A stretch of 64,000 nucleotides of DNA from Eledone cirrhosa (GCA_964016885.1 OZ024764.1:21700001-21764000); one strand, 5' to 3'. Shown: positions 1 through 11,452, numbered from the stretch's first letter. Notes: generated from the letters alone by a model not told the origin. Made by a program: numbers and translations.

Positions 1-1905
1 ACCGCCACAGGCAATACCGTAACACCCGCCCGGCATCCCATGGCTTCGAAGAAAGTGAGGGCGAAGGACAGTTCTGAGAAGAAGGAGCAGAAGATGTGTA
101 TTGAATTAAAGAAAGAAATTATAGAAAAACATGACCAAGGTGTGTGTAGTGGACTTGGTGAAGCAGTACGAGCGTAGCACTTCTACGATATGTACCATAC
201 TGAAGTAGAAGGACTTGATAAAGGCTATAACCCCAGCTAAGGGTGGTAAAATAATTTCTAAACAGCGGACATCTATCCATGAAAATATGGAAAAGCTGCT
301 GATGGTGTGGTTGACGGAGAAGCAGCTCGCAAGAGATACTGTGATGAAGATTATAATATGTGAGAAGGCACGAGCTATTTATGCTGATTTGCTGCAGCAG
401 ACCCCAGGTACTTCTACGGACGAGCCATCGGCAAGCCCTTTAATGCCAGTCGGGGTTGGTTTGAGAATTTTAAAAAGAGGACCGGCATTCACTCCGTTGT
501 CAGGCATGGTGAGGCAGCGAGCGCGGATATGAAGGCAGCTGAGGATTACCTCAAAACCTTTGCCTGAATTATAGCAGCCGAAGGATACATCCCTCAGCAA
601 GTCTTTAGCTGTGATGAAACAGGACTTTTTTGGAAGAAGATGCCAAGGAGGACTTATATAATGGCAGAGGAGAAGAGGATGCCTGGCCACAAACCCATGA
701 AGGATAGCCTAACCCCTGCACTGAGAGGCGAGTGTAAGATTAAGCCGCTGCTCGTTTATCATTCGGAAAACTTTAAGTCACATAAGATTCTGAAAGAAAA
801 ACTGCAGGTTATGTGGAGGGCAAACCCGAGGTCATGGGTCACCAGGTAGTTTTTTGTGGAGTGGGTGAATTTGGTCTTTGGTCCTGACGTTAAAAAATAT
901 CTCCAGGAAAATAACCTACCCCTGTAAACCCTTCTTATCCTACATAATGCACCTGCTCATCCACCCAACCTCGAAGAGGTCAAGTTTATAAAGGTTCTCT
1001 ACCTTCCACCAAACACCACCCCTATCCTACAGACCAAGGACCAGCAGGTACTTTCTAATTTCAAGAAGCTCTTCACCAAGCACCTGTTCAGTCGCTGCTT
1101 TGAAGTGACGGAGAGCACAAACTTCACCCTTGAGAGGTCTGGAAGGACCATTATAACATCGTGATATGCCTCAGAATTATCGATATGACCTGGCAGGGTC
1201 TTACAAAGAGGACCTTGACCTCTACATGGAAGAAGCTGTGGCCTGAAGTTGTGTCTAAAACAGACTTTGAAAGACTGGAACCCGAAGCGGCAGTGGTGGA
1301 GGAGATTGTAACCCTCGGTAACTCCATGGGCCTGGACATGGATGAAGGTGACATCAACGAGCTCATCGAGGAGCACCCCGAGGAACTGACAACGAAGGAA
1401 TTAAAGGAGCTACAGACACAGCAACACACGGAGTTTTTGCAGGAAATAGGTGACACAGAGGAGGTTATCTCAACAAGTGAGATGAAACAAACCCCATTAG
1501 ACAGGTTCTTATCGAAAATCCCTGCAGATAAAAATGAGGAAAGCGTGACGAAAAGGGCAAAAATCAGCGAATAAGATTCAGTTATTCAGTTCATCCTTTC
1601 TCCTCCGTCAACATCCTCAAGTCGTCTGATCTCCAAGATAGATGCTGTACATTATACTTAATAAAACCAGTTTATTGTAGTACATTCTATTGTATTGTTT
1701 TTTATATACAATATTTGTTATTTATAAGTACATTTTTCTTATTTAAAAACGCGTAACAAAACAAACTGCGGTTTTGGGGGATCTGGAACGGATTAATGGC
1801 ATTTTATTTTATTTCAGTGGGGAAAATTGATTTGACATACGAGTAATTTAAGTTACGAGGTCCTCCACGGAACAAATTAAACTCGTAAGTCAAGGTACCA
1901 CACTG
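1..1905 (+). mobile_element. Tigger/pogo-family (TIGD1-like, Tc1/mariner superfamily) DNA transposon, decayed; left end outside the window
   Basis: Frameshifted CENP-B HTH/DDE_1 transposase fragments (IELKKEIIEKH, EKLLMVWLTEKQL, VFSCDETGLFWKKMPRRTY, LPPNTTPILQ, TWKKLWPE). Right TIR ctcgtaagtcaaggtaccac(ac)tg at 1882-1905 is followed by TA. Confidence 0.9.
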
Positions 1906-1917
1906 TATATATATATA

Positions 1918-2094
1918 TGAAGGAACGATCGACTTTCGTCAAATCGGACCGAGGAAGCAATGTTTCCATTGGTCTTTCCAAATGCTAGTACTAACGGTCG
2001 CAACTCCGGGTAGAAGGAACAACGTGATATAAAGTCTCTTGCTCAAGGACATAACGCATCGCCTGGTCCAAGAAGCGAACTCACAACCTCAAGA
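1918..2094 (-). mobile_element. 5'-truncated tRNA-derived SINE within (TA)n; paralogous copies at 21427-21603 and 35801-35977
   Basis: The reverse complement matches the B-box region and the tccttgagcaag...cacgttg core of the full-length SINE at 43846-44061. Confidence 0.75.
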
Positions 2095-2489
2095 TATATA
2101 TATATATATAGTTAAATATTAGACAGGAACAAAAAACAGAGGCAGTGCAAATGATAGTTTATACCGAGAGAGAGACAGACAAACACATATATACCTCTAC
2201 TACTGTCAAACATAAAACATATGTAAGGAAAGAGAACTCTCGTTTCATCCCCCTCTTCTTTTTGACATACATTCTTTAGATACTTTGTTCAATGGAATCT
2301 ACTTTATTTTGTGTCCTAAGTAGATTTCTGTTTAAGTATTTACGAGATTCACAATGATTCACGTAACCAAGTTACTTACATAGAGATATATTTCACATAG
2401 AATCACAACAAATGAAAATATTAAGTCAACACTCTGTCAATCAGTCTCACATCACATGGGGTGCCGGAGTCTCCTTCTAATACTTTCTG

Positions 2490-2616
2490 AGACAGTCATA
2501 CCTTGAGTGATAGCAAGGCTAAGATGTTGGAACTACCAAACACCCTCATATGTATCATCTGACACCTCGGTAAGGAGAGCTGCCAACGATAACAAGAACC
2601 TCGTTGTCAGGGACCT
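2490..2616 (-). mobile_element. Old CRE-clade retrotransposon 3' fragment (end of the RLE domain); present in all four units
   Basis: The reverse strand reads GPLTTRFLLSLAALLTEVSDDTYEGVW*FQHLSLAITQG, aligning with GPLTARFLSSLAARLIEVTG... of the element at about 5.8 kb. Confidence 0.7.
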
Positions 2617-2769
2617 ATCTCCTCCAAACTTCTCCAACACCACAGACTAGAATATTCTACTCTTTATTCCCTATCAAATATATTTCAGTCTAGTCATTTG
2701 TCTTGTATCTTGTATATGTATTTTCAAAACTAACTGTCACATTTGTGAGACCCCAGTTAGTGATGTTTT

Positions 2770-3060
2770 TCTCTCCCTCCCACATGCTACATGCTGTAGT
2801 AAAAGTGAGGGTCACTGCTTCCGTAGACGAACGAAATAAAACTTAAACTACCAGTAATTATCGGCAAAGTATTTATTCCAGTCTGTGATGTTTGAGAAGC
2901 TGGGCTGCTGACAACGAAGTTGTTGTCACTGTTGGCGGCTGGCTTTACCGAAGTACCCGATGACTCTTGTGAGGGTACTTAGCTGTTCTGACGGTTTAGC
3001 CTCCACATGACCCGATCTTACCGGGATACCCGGTGATCTCTGTAAGAGTACTTAGCTGTC
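2770..3060 (+). mobile_element. Old CRE-clade 3' fragment ending in copies of a ~73-bp repeat
   Basis: SH(M/I)LHAVVKVRVTASVDERNK aligns with SHILDAAVRTRATASAAERSK of the younger CRE copies. Confidence 0.65.
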
Positions 3061-3170
3061 CTATTTTAATTTCATCACCAACACCTTACTTTCTCTATTT
3101 TAATTACATTTACTGATTTAAACTTTCATTTTTTTTATTACAAACTTAATTTAATTCGGTAAAAATATTT

Positions 3171-3303
3171 TTACGTCACAACAAAACATTGAAGCATGCG
3201 CAGTGGTGCAGTTGTCGACTTCCTGTCCACGTGTTAGTCTTCCTACAACAACATTTAGACAACATTTCTGTAAATACTAAACACCTGAGACTATAATGTA
3301 AGT
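3171..3303 (+). promoter_or_regulatory. Candidate promoter and non-coding first exon of the ZNF gene; copies at ~23160-23302, 45058-45200 and 45827-45958
   Basis: Motif cluster in very AT-rich DNA: TTACGTCA (3171), NRF1-like GCATGCGCA (3194-3202), ETS-like ACTTCCTG (3218-3225), E-box CACGTG (3228-3233), then a consensus donor GTAAGT (3298-3303). One block lies upstream of each intact ZNF gene. There is no transcript evidence. Confidence 0.45.
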
Positions 3304-4286
3304 ATTATGTCTATTAATATTCTAGATTTAAGCTCACTTTTCACATCACAAATATATATTTTCTTGTTTGTTTCATTACTGGAAATATAAAATGTTATCG
3401 TAATTATCTATATTTTACCTACCTCTAATTAATTAAAGTGAAAACTTTTGTTGTTGCTGAAAAATAAATTAACAAAACTAAATATTTAAATATTCTAAAG
3501 GTCGTTTTTATATTATGTGATGATATAATTAATATATTTTATTACAATTGTATAAATTTACAGTAGAATAACGTTGTAAATATGTTTTAAATATATACAT
3601 AAATAACATAAGTGTGTAAATAACATTATAAATTGCTGGCAATTCCTTGAGAAAGACATTACAAATATATTGTCTAAACTGTGTATAATAATATAATTTA
3701 TTGAACAATAATGATAAAGGAAAGAAAAACACAGAGGGAGATGGCAATTCACCACCAAACGAGGTAAACATTTTCAACTTACCCCTTTTTTTGCTTTGTC
3801 CGAGACAACTCAAAATATTCTTCAAGGAACTGGATTTTCCATTCGGTTGGATCGAACGGATTTTACCATTTATAATCTACGGAGAGGAATAACAGATGTT
3901 CGGAGGAAAAAAGAATTGTTTGTGGCAACAACGTAGGGAACCAACCTGGAGCAATTGTATCACACAATTATACTTTCCTCCTTAACATACACTTACAATT
4001 TTTCAAAATCAAACCCCCCAAATATAAAATATAAATAATTATAAATGGCGAGGAACCATCCCATCTCCCTCTTGAAATAACCTGAATCTATTTATAGTCA
4101 GGTGTGACTGAAAGGTCAATCCATACTTCCATTCTATTTCACAGAATTAGAAGCTTTGACCACTTGATAGAATTCAGGTCCAGTAATGTAATCACTCCGT
4201 AATTGTAAACATCTTGTATCACTATCATTCAGGTTTTGATTTTACTTAAGTCTTGCCCATGTTTTTTTTTTTTTTCTTTTTTTTTT

Positions 4287-6050
4287 ACACAAACTCACAA
4301 TTTCGGTTTTTACTGCGGATTTACCCATGCGAACTATTACACAAACTCACAGCCTTAGATTTTGTATTTCTAGCGTTTTTATTTTCCTTCTCTTTGCATG
4401 TTCAGTGCTCTTTCTCTCCCACTGTATTTATCTGCCTCTCACATGACCACACTCCTCTCCACGTACTCATCATCTTCTCACTCCTTCTACACCTTCCAAC
4501 GCTGGCCCTCTACTGCCGGCTGTTGCCAGCCCGCCACCTGATTGCGCCATCTGTGCCCGCACTAACCAGTACTTAAAGACAATTTAAATGTCACCTATGC
4601 CACACAAGCTACCACAGAAGCATGTGTCAGCATCACCAAAGCTCAAGCCGAAAGGCTTCAACACTGGACCTGTCATCGGTGCCACTTCAGCTCCGTCTAT
4701 TCCGTGGTTTTGACCAACACTCTACCGACGACTTTGCCACAGCCCACCAGGGCTTCTCCAAATCAAAGCTCCTTAGGAGCCCCGATCACAGACCTGGCCT
4801 TCGAGTCAACCATCCAATCGAAGATGGTTGGCCTTGAGCAGCTGCTGAGGAATATTGAAGATATCGAACCCCATCAAAGTTTCTTCTTACTCAGGAACTA
4901 CCTGTCTATTCCTAAGCTTCTGTATCTGCTCAGGGTCAGCCCCTCTCACAGATTTCCATCCTGCCTCCAACGCTTCGACGACCTAATCTTCGAGAGACTC
5001 GAGTGTCTGGTCAATGTTAGTAAGTGTTCGTCCCTCTCTCTCCCCTGCTTCCTTTCCTCCACCCAAGCTTGCAGCATCCTCTCCTCTCCAACATGGACTA
5101 GTTCCAACAGGGAGTTGTGTGAAGCTCTCCAGCAATGAAGTGAGTTGGGCTTGTCTCTTCCTGAGAAGGTGGAGGACAGTCGAAGTCAGTAGAACTTGGG
5201 ACGGGATACGTTGGAATGCCACCTTCGACTCCCTCTTCGTCCTCTCAGATCAGTTTACAAGGTGCCGCTTACCATCTGCCAGCGCCAAATACTCCGGTGA
5301 CTGGGTCGATGCCTTACCCGTGGCCAACGCTGGAGGCCTACTCAGCCTGGATGAAGTTCGTGTCTCCATCACCCTCAGAGTGGGAGCTGACGTCTGCATG
5401 GGTTTGAGATGTGGCTAACTCCTCGACTCCACAGGCCTCCACAGTCTTTCTTGCTGCCTGAATGCCGGCCTCTTCGCCCGTCACACGGAGCTAAACTTTA
5501 TTCTGAAGAGAGCTTTGGCCCGGGCAAATATCTCCTCAGTCTTGGAACCATCTTGGTTGTCCAGAAGTGACGGCAAAAGACCTGACGGCCTTACCCTGTG
5601 CCCCTGGTCGAGAGGCAGGTGCCTAATCTGGGACGTCAGTGTTAGTGACTCCTTTGCTCTTTCCCACATCCTTGATGCTGCGGTAAGGACGAGAGCCACA
5701 GTTTCGGCAGACAAGCGGAGTAAGACCCTCAAATACTCTGATCTGTCGGCCAGCTACATTTTTCAGCCTGTGGCTTTCGAGACGTTTGGGGGAGTCGGGC
5801 CGCTGACTGCGAGGTTCCTTTCCTCACTGGCGGCTCGCCTTATAGAGGTAACTGGCGAAATCGCGAGGGCGCTTGGCTGTTCCAGCACCTCAACCTCGCC
5901 ATCACCCGAGGTAACACTGCCAGTGTGCTGGCTTGCCTCAAAACTCATTAGAGAGGTTTCCCAGTACCCCTCGTTGCTGTCTTTTGCTCTGGTGTTGGCT
6001 CCGTTGTCCACCCTTACCTTTACATTTTCTTTAATATTGCAACATTGAAG
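4287..6050 (+). mobile_element. CRE-clade non-LTR retrotransposon (RT plus restriction-like endonuclease), internally deleted copy lacking the RT core
   Basis: RLE motif RSDGKRPDGLTLCPWSRGRCLIWDV..FQPVAFETFG and a Cys/His knuckle (C..RCG..DSTGLHSLSC). It has two deletions relative to the copies at 24.3k and 46.9k. The 5' boundary is uncertain. Confidence 0.85.
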
Positions 6051-6319
6051 GAATTTATCTTTCATTGTATCATCCTTTATAGTGTTAACGAGGCATTTGT
6101 AATGTTATTTATATATTTAAAACATATTTCTTATGTTATTCTACTGTAAATTTATTTATATGCTCTGTTTATGTTTTCATTCTGAAGTAACTTATCCACT
6201 TGTGTTGATATAAGTGATTCTATGACTTTCCTCTAAGCATTGTGTCATTATATATGTTATTATAAACGTGAATAAATTTAATTTATAGTGTGATAATAAC
6301 CCTAGGGGTTAACTACACA

Positions 6320-6524
6320 CTTTGAGGCAAGCCAACACACTGGCAGCATTACAACGGGTGATGGTGAGGCTAAGGTGCTTAAATAACCAGGTACCCTCAC
6401 GGGTATCACCTGACGCCTCTATAAGGTGAGGCTAAGGTGCTGAGATAACCAGGTACTCTTACGGATATCACCTGACACCTCAGTAAGGTGAGGCTACGGT
6501 GCTGAAATAACCAGGTACCCTCAC
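6320..6524 (-). repeat. Inverted CRE 3' fragment with a 62-bp unit tandemly repeated ~3x; paralog at 50760-50964
   Basis: The reverse complement ends ...gccagtgtgttggcttgcctcaaa, as in the CRE 3' end at ~5918-5942. ggtgaggcta recurs at 6363, 6425 and 6487. Confidence 0.75.
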
Positions 6525-6884
6525 GGAAACGACTAGATTTGTAGAAAAAGTAGGGTGAAAGTATACAAAGAGATGTAGTTTCACAGATCTACTCACACCT
6601 CACGTTGGGTGAGAATAATTATTTTTCTTAGAATTCTTGCTATACCCCTTTTCCAGTATTTTTTCTCTGGACCCCTTAGATACTTGCGATAGACGTTTTA
6701 TTTCCCAGTATTAGGATTAGGGTTTCCGTTTTCAGGAAGAAAAGTCGATTGCAAACATCTAAGAGTTCGAGCAATAAAATTAAGGAAAGATAATTATTTC
6801 CCAGCCAACTGGAGAAGTGTGTAGCTCTTCTAAACTCCGATAATCCTGTCTCCCACTTCTTTATCTACAAATCTAGTCGTTTCC
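6525..6884. mobile_element. 360-bp foldback/MITE-like element; paralog at 50965-51324
   Basis: Perfect 21-bp terminal inverted repeat ggaaacgactagatttgtaga (6525-6545 / 6864-6884). Imperfect inverted similarity continues ~100 bp inward. No clear TSD. Confidence 0.7.
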
Positions 6885-6885
6885 T

Positions 6886-7510
6886 GCTACTTTGTTCCCT
6901 GGGGTATGCCTTAGTATTTGACACCATCTATCTGTCTTACTCCCTAACTAGAAAGAAGTCAATCTGTCTCATGTGCTCACCTGATTGGTAGGTTATTAGG
7001 TGGTTGGTAGGTTTCTTGAAGTGTTGCAAATGGTTAGTTCACTTGCATCACAAAATACAAGAAGCCTCACTCCTCCTTCATTTCTTGAGCCATAACCATG
7101 ACCACCATGTACCCCAGTGTATCCATCCTGGAGCTGTCCAACATGACCATGGTAGTCCCCTGCTATTATAATTAGGTCTCTGTCATTGTGGTTATCTCTA
7201 CTTATTCCTTTTCTACATATGGAACAGGGCCACTTTCCTGAAGGTGTCAGGGTCTTCTCTCCTATCCATTAGCACTTTAGTTTTGGCTAAGTATATTCTC
7301 AGAACTTACCATTTCAAATTCTATATCTATAGCTGGTCATCTACATAGAGAAGTTTCCATAGACAGCCAGTCTTAAACCTCTCTGTTATGGCTTGGAGAA
7401 CTATGATGAACAACAGTGGGCTAAGAACTAAACCATGATGAACTCCTACCTGTACCTTCAATTCCTCACTAGACACACTTTACTGACAGCTTCTCACAAG
7501 GCATTCTTCT
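6886..7510 (-). mobile_element. Ancient RTE LINE relics: RT fragment (~7195-7510) and APE endonuclease fragment (~6886-7185); paralogs at ~27850-28470 and 51326-51945
   Basis: The minus strand reads VQVGVHHGLVLSPLLFIIVLQAITERFKTGCLWKLLYVDD..SGKWPCSICRKG and IIAGD..GHVGQLQDGYTGVHGGHGYGSRNEGG.RLLVFCDASELTICNT. Both match the RTE at 57.6-60.7k. Confidence 0.8.
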
Positions 7511-7527
7511 ACACCTAATTTCCTTAA

Positions 7528-9529
7528 CCCTTTAGTATATAAACTGGCCATATCTGGCCAGAATTCTCCCACATCTTTCTGTTCAAACTGGCCATAATTA
7601 AATAATAATAACAATAATGAAATATTGTGTACAGTGCCCAGGTGCACCACAACTCATCAAAAAAGTGCATGTACAGTACATAGGGCAATGCACAAACATC
7701 AGTAAAATGAACAGTGCACGAGTCATGATACACACATGTGTGCATGTGTATGGAAGGGGTACATCAGGTGTAGTTTTGGCATATTTCGGGAAGCATGAGT
7801 GTCTTAAAGGATGCAGTGTCTCGGCAGATAACAACTGACGCAGGCAGTTTGTTCCCTACTTCAGCAACTCTGAACGTGAAAAAATGTCTACGAAAGTCAT
7901 GGGAGCTGTGCTGTTTTCTGATCTTGTAGCCATGTCCACGTGTGTTAGACACATGGAGATCAAAGAGGCGCTCAGGGTTGCAATTGGCGAGATGGTTAAA
8001 AACTTTGTGGGCATTCACCAAGTCCATTGCCAGACGTCGGAGCTTCAATGAATTCATGCTCAGGGAAGCAAGGCGTTCAGAGTATGGTAGGTGTCTGATG
8101 GAGGGTATGCGCTTGGTTGCACGTCTCTGAACAGTTTCCAGGAGGTCAATGTTCTGAGCAAGATAGGGGTTCCAGACTGATGATGTGAATTCCAAGTGTG
8201 GTCGTACCATAGCTGTATACAGTTTTAAATAGATGGCTGGAGAGCGGCTAACAAAGGTCTTGCTGAGTGATGCCAAGACACCCTCGGCCTTCTTGACAAT
8301 CTTAGAGACATGCTTTGTCCAACGCAAATCGTTGCTGACAGTAATGCCCAGGTCACGTTCACAAGAGGAATTTTTGATATCAGTGTTGTGGAGGGAGTAT
8401 GTGGACGCTGGATTTTTCCTTCCAAAATGCATGGTGGTACACTTGTCCACAGCCAGCTTCAGTTGCCAGTCTGTGATCCATTGCTGCATTGTGTCCAGGT
8501 CTGATTGTAGGAAAGAGTTGTAAATTTCAGGATCAGTCCTTTTGATTTCAAGGTACAGCTTGATGTCATCTGCATATTTCAGTACCGTGGCATTCTGTAA
8601 GTTGGCATCTATGTCATTAATATATGCCACAAACAAAAGAGGACCAAGAACAGATCCCTGTGGTACACCAGATGACATCTCATATGGTGAAGAATGCTGA
8701 CCTAGAACCGTGACTACTTCTATTCGGCTGAGAATGAAGGATTTCAACCAGTCGAAAAGATCATCCCTCACACCCATTGCAGAGAGTTTTGCCATAAGTC
8801 TTTTGTGTGGCACAGAATTAAAAGCCTTAACAAAGTCAAGGTAAACAACATACACCCATGAGCTGCTGTCAGTGATCCGGGTGATGTCCTCAAGGAACTC
8901 AATAAGCTGATCACAGCAGCTGGAGTTAGGGATAAATCCAAACTGTGAGGGCCGGATGAGGCTGTGAGAGCTCCAGAAGTTCCAAAGTGTTTCTCTGACA
9001 CAGGATTCCATCAGTTTGGCCATACAGCTAGTAAGACTGACTGGACGATAGTTGACAGGTGACATGCCGTTACTCTTTTTGAACAGGGGAATGACACTGG
9101 CAGTTTTCCACTGCTCCGGAGTAGCACCATTGTTGAGACAGTATTGAAAGAAGAAAGAAAGCTGGCGCAAAAGGAAATACCCGCCACGTTTGAGAAGCAG
9201 GTATGTCACACCATCAAGACCAGGGGAGGCATAGTTGCGCTTATTCTTAAGGTGACGTCACAACATTGCAGGTGTAAATTCCATAGTTGTTATGGAATTT
9301 GATGTTAGAGATGGTGGAGATGGTACATTCTGGTTTTCAACAGTAAAAATACTTGCATAGCACTCAGCAACGAGTTCTGCGCATTCCTTGATTGGTCACT
9401 TATACTTATGTTAAGGTATTGTTCTCAATATAAATAACATGAAAATCTCATAGATTTGATATTATGAGAGATAAAGCATTTACTGTGAAAATATAATAGT
9501 AAATATAAAGTAATGTGAATACTAAAGGG
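7528..9529. mobile_element. piggyBac-type MITE (~207 bp), here split by a CR1-group LINE; intact copies at 28493-28698 and 51968-52175
   Basis: TTAA|CCCTTTAGTAT ... ATACTAAAGGG|TTAA: 11-bp TIRs with CCCT/AGGG ends and a TTAA TSD (7524-7527, 9530-9533). Confidence 0.8.
7600..9390 (-). mobile_element. 5'-truncated CR1/L2-group LINE; RT ORF 7764-9209 (481 aa); present only in unit 1
   Basis: RT motifs NYRPVSLTS, YLDFVKAFNSVPH, GVPQGSVLGPLLF and YADD; CR1-type C-terminus LYTAMVRPHLEF..WNPY; (ATT)n-like tail. The empty site gccgtaattggtcac at 52030-52045 implies a 3-bp ATT duplication or microhomology. Confidence 0.93.
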
Positions 9530-11310
9530 TTAATCTAATGTCACTAATAACTACTTTTATCAGTCAGTTTAATCTAATGTCACTAATAACTACTTTTATC
9601 AGTCAGTATAATCTAATGTCACTAATAACTACTTTTATCAGTCAGTTTAATCTAATGTCACTAATAACTACTTTTATCTGTCAGTTTAATCTAATGTCAC
9701 TAATAACTACTTTTATCTGTCAGTATAATCTACTACCACTAATAACTACTTTTATCAGTCAGTATAATCTAATGTCACTAATAACTACTTTTATCAGTCA
9801 GTATAATCTAATGTCACTAATAACTACTTTTATCAGTCAGTTTAATCTAATGTCACTAATAACTACTTTTATCTGTCAGTATAATCTACTACCACTAATA
9901 ACTACTTTTATCAGTCAGTATAATCTGATGTCACTAATAACTACTTTTATCAGTCAGTATAATCTGATGTCACTAATAACTACTTTTATCTGTCAGTATA
10001 ATCTAATGTCACTAATAACTACTTTTATCAGTCAGTTTAATCTAATGTCACTAATAACTACTTTTATCAGTCAGTTTAATCTAATGTCACTAATAACTAC
10101 TTTTATCAGTCAGTTTAATCTAATGTCACTAATAACTACTTTTATCAGTCAGTTTAATCTAATGTCACTAATAACTACTTTTATCAGTCAGTTTAATCTA
10201 ATGTCACTAATAACTACTTTTATCAGTCAGTATAATCTAATGTCACTAATAACTACTTTTATCAGTCAGTATAATCTAATGTCACTAATAACTACTTTTA
10301 TCAGTCAGTATAATCTAATGTCACTAATAACTACTTTTATCAGTCAGTATAATCTAATGTCACTAATAACTACTTTTATCTGTCAGTATAATCTAATGTC
10401 ACTAATAACTACTTTTATCAGTCAGTTTAATCTAATGTCACTAATAACTACTTTTATCAGTCAGTATAATCTAATGTCACTAATAACTACTTTTATCAGT
10501 CAGTATAATCTGATGTCACTAATAACTACTTTTATCTGTCAGTATAATCTAATGTCACTAATAACTACTTTTATCAGTCAGTATAATCTAATGTCACTAA
10601 TAACTACTTTTATCAGTCAGTTTAATCTAATGTCACTAATAACTACTTTTATCAGTCAGTATAATCTAATGTCACTAATAACTACTTTTATCAGTCAGTA
10701 TAATCTGATGTCACTAATAACTACTTTTATCAGTCAGTATAATCTGATGTCACTAATAACTACTTTTATCTGTCAGTATAATCTAATGTCACTAATAACT
10801 ACTTTTATCAGTCAGTTTAATCTAATGTCACTAATAACTACTTTTATCAGTCAGTTTAATCTAATCTCACTAATAACTACTTTTATCTGTCAGTATAATC
10901 TAATGTCACTAATAACTACTTTTATCAGTCAGTTTAATCTAATCTCACTAATAACTACTTTTATCTGTCAGTATAATCTAATGTCACTAATAACTACTTT
11001 TATCTGTCAGTATAATCTAATGTCACTAATAACTACTTTTATCAGTCAGTTTAATCTAATCTCACTAATAACTACTTTTATCTGTCAGTATAATCTAATG
11101 TCACTAATAACTACTTTTATCAGTCAGTTTAATCTAATGTCACTAATAACTACTTTTATCAGTCAGTTTAATCTAATGTCACTAATAACTACTTTTATCA
11201 GTCAGTTTAATCTAATGTCACTAATAACTACTTTTATCAGTCAGTTTAATCTAATGCCACTAATAACTACTTTTATCAGTCAATTTAATCTACTGTCACT
11301 AATAACTAAC
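9530..11310. repeat. 39-bp minisatellite, ~45 copies (~3 copies at 28699-28802; ~9 copies at 52176-52512)
   Basis: Unit aatctaatgtcactaataactacttttatcagtcagt(t/a)t, head-to-tail with no spacers. Confidence 0.97.
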
Positions 11311-11435
11311 CTATGTCAGTCAGCACATTCTTCACCAAAGAAGGCCTTAGTATTTATTACAGTCCATTTATCAATATAGAAATATTATATGAAATTTGTA
11401 CTGATGTATTACAAGTTTCTGAGTATCTTATAATG

Positions 11436-11452
11436 TTCTTTTATTATTTCAG
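11436..11452 (+). promoter_or_regulatory. Candidate 3' splice acceptor of the ZNF terminal exon; paralogs at ~28944 and ~52655
   Basis: ttcttttattatttcag|AATACCAG is a pyrimidine tract plus CAG, conserved upstream of all three intact ZNF ORFs. Confidence 0.5.

Noticed and set aside
3529-3892. Short ORFs conserved in three places (also at 11313, 22472 and others)
   Set aside because: The conservation reflects recent segmental duplication. They have no recognisable domains, and several are off-frame reads of TE relics or intron sequence.
9538-11379. 613-aa ORF of MSLITTFISQ(F/Y)NL repeats, or a CRISPR-like array
   Set aside because: The 39-bp unit is 13 codons with no stop in one frame, so the ORF follows from the repeat. 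There are no unique spacers and no cas genes, the context is eukaryotic, and paralogs have only 3-9 units, one with an in-frame stop.
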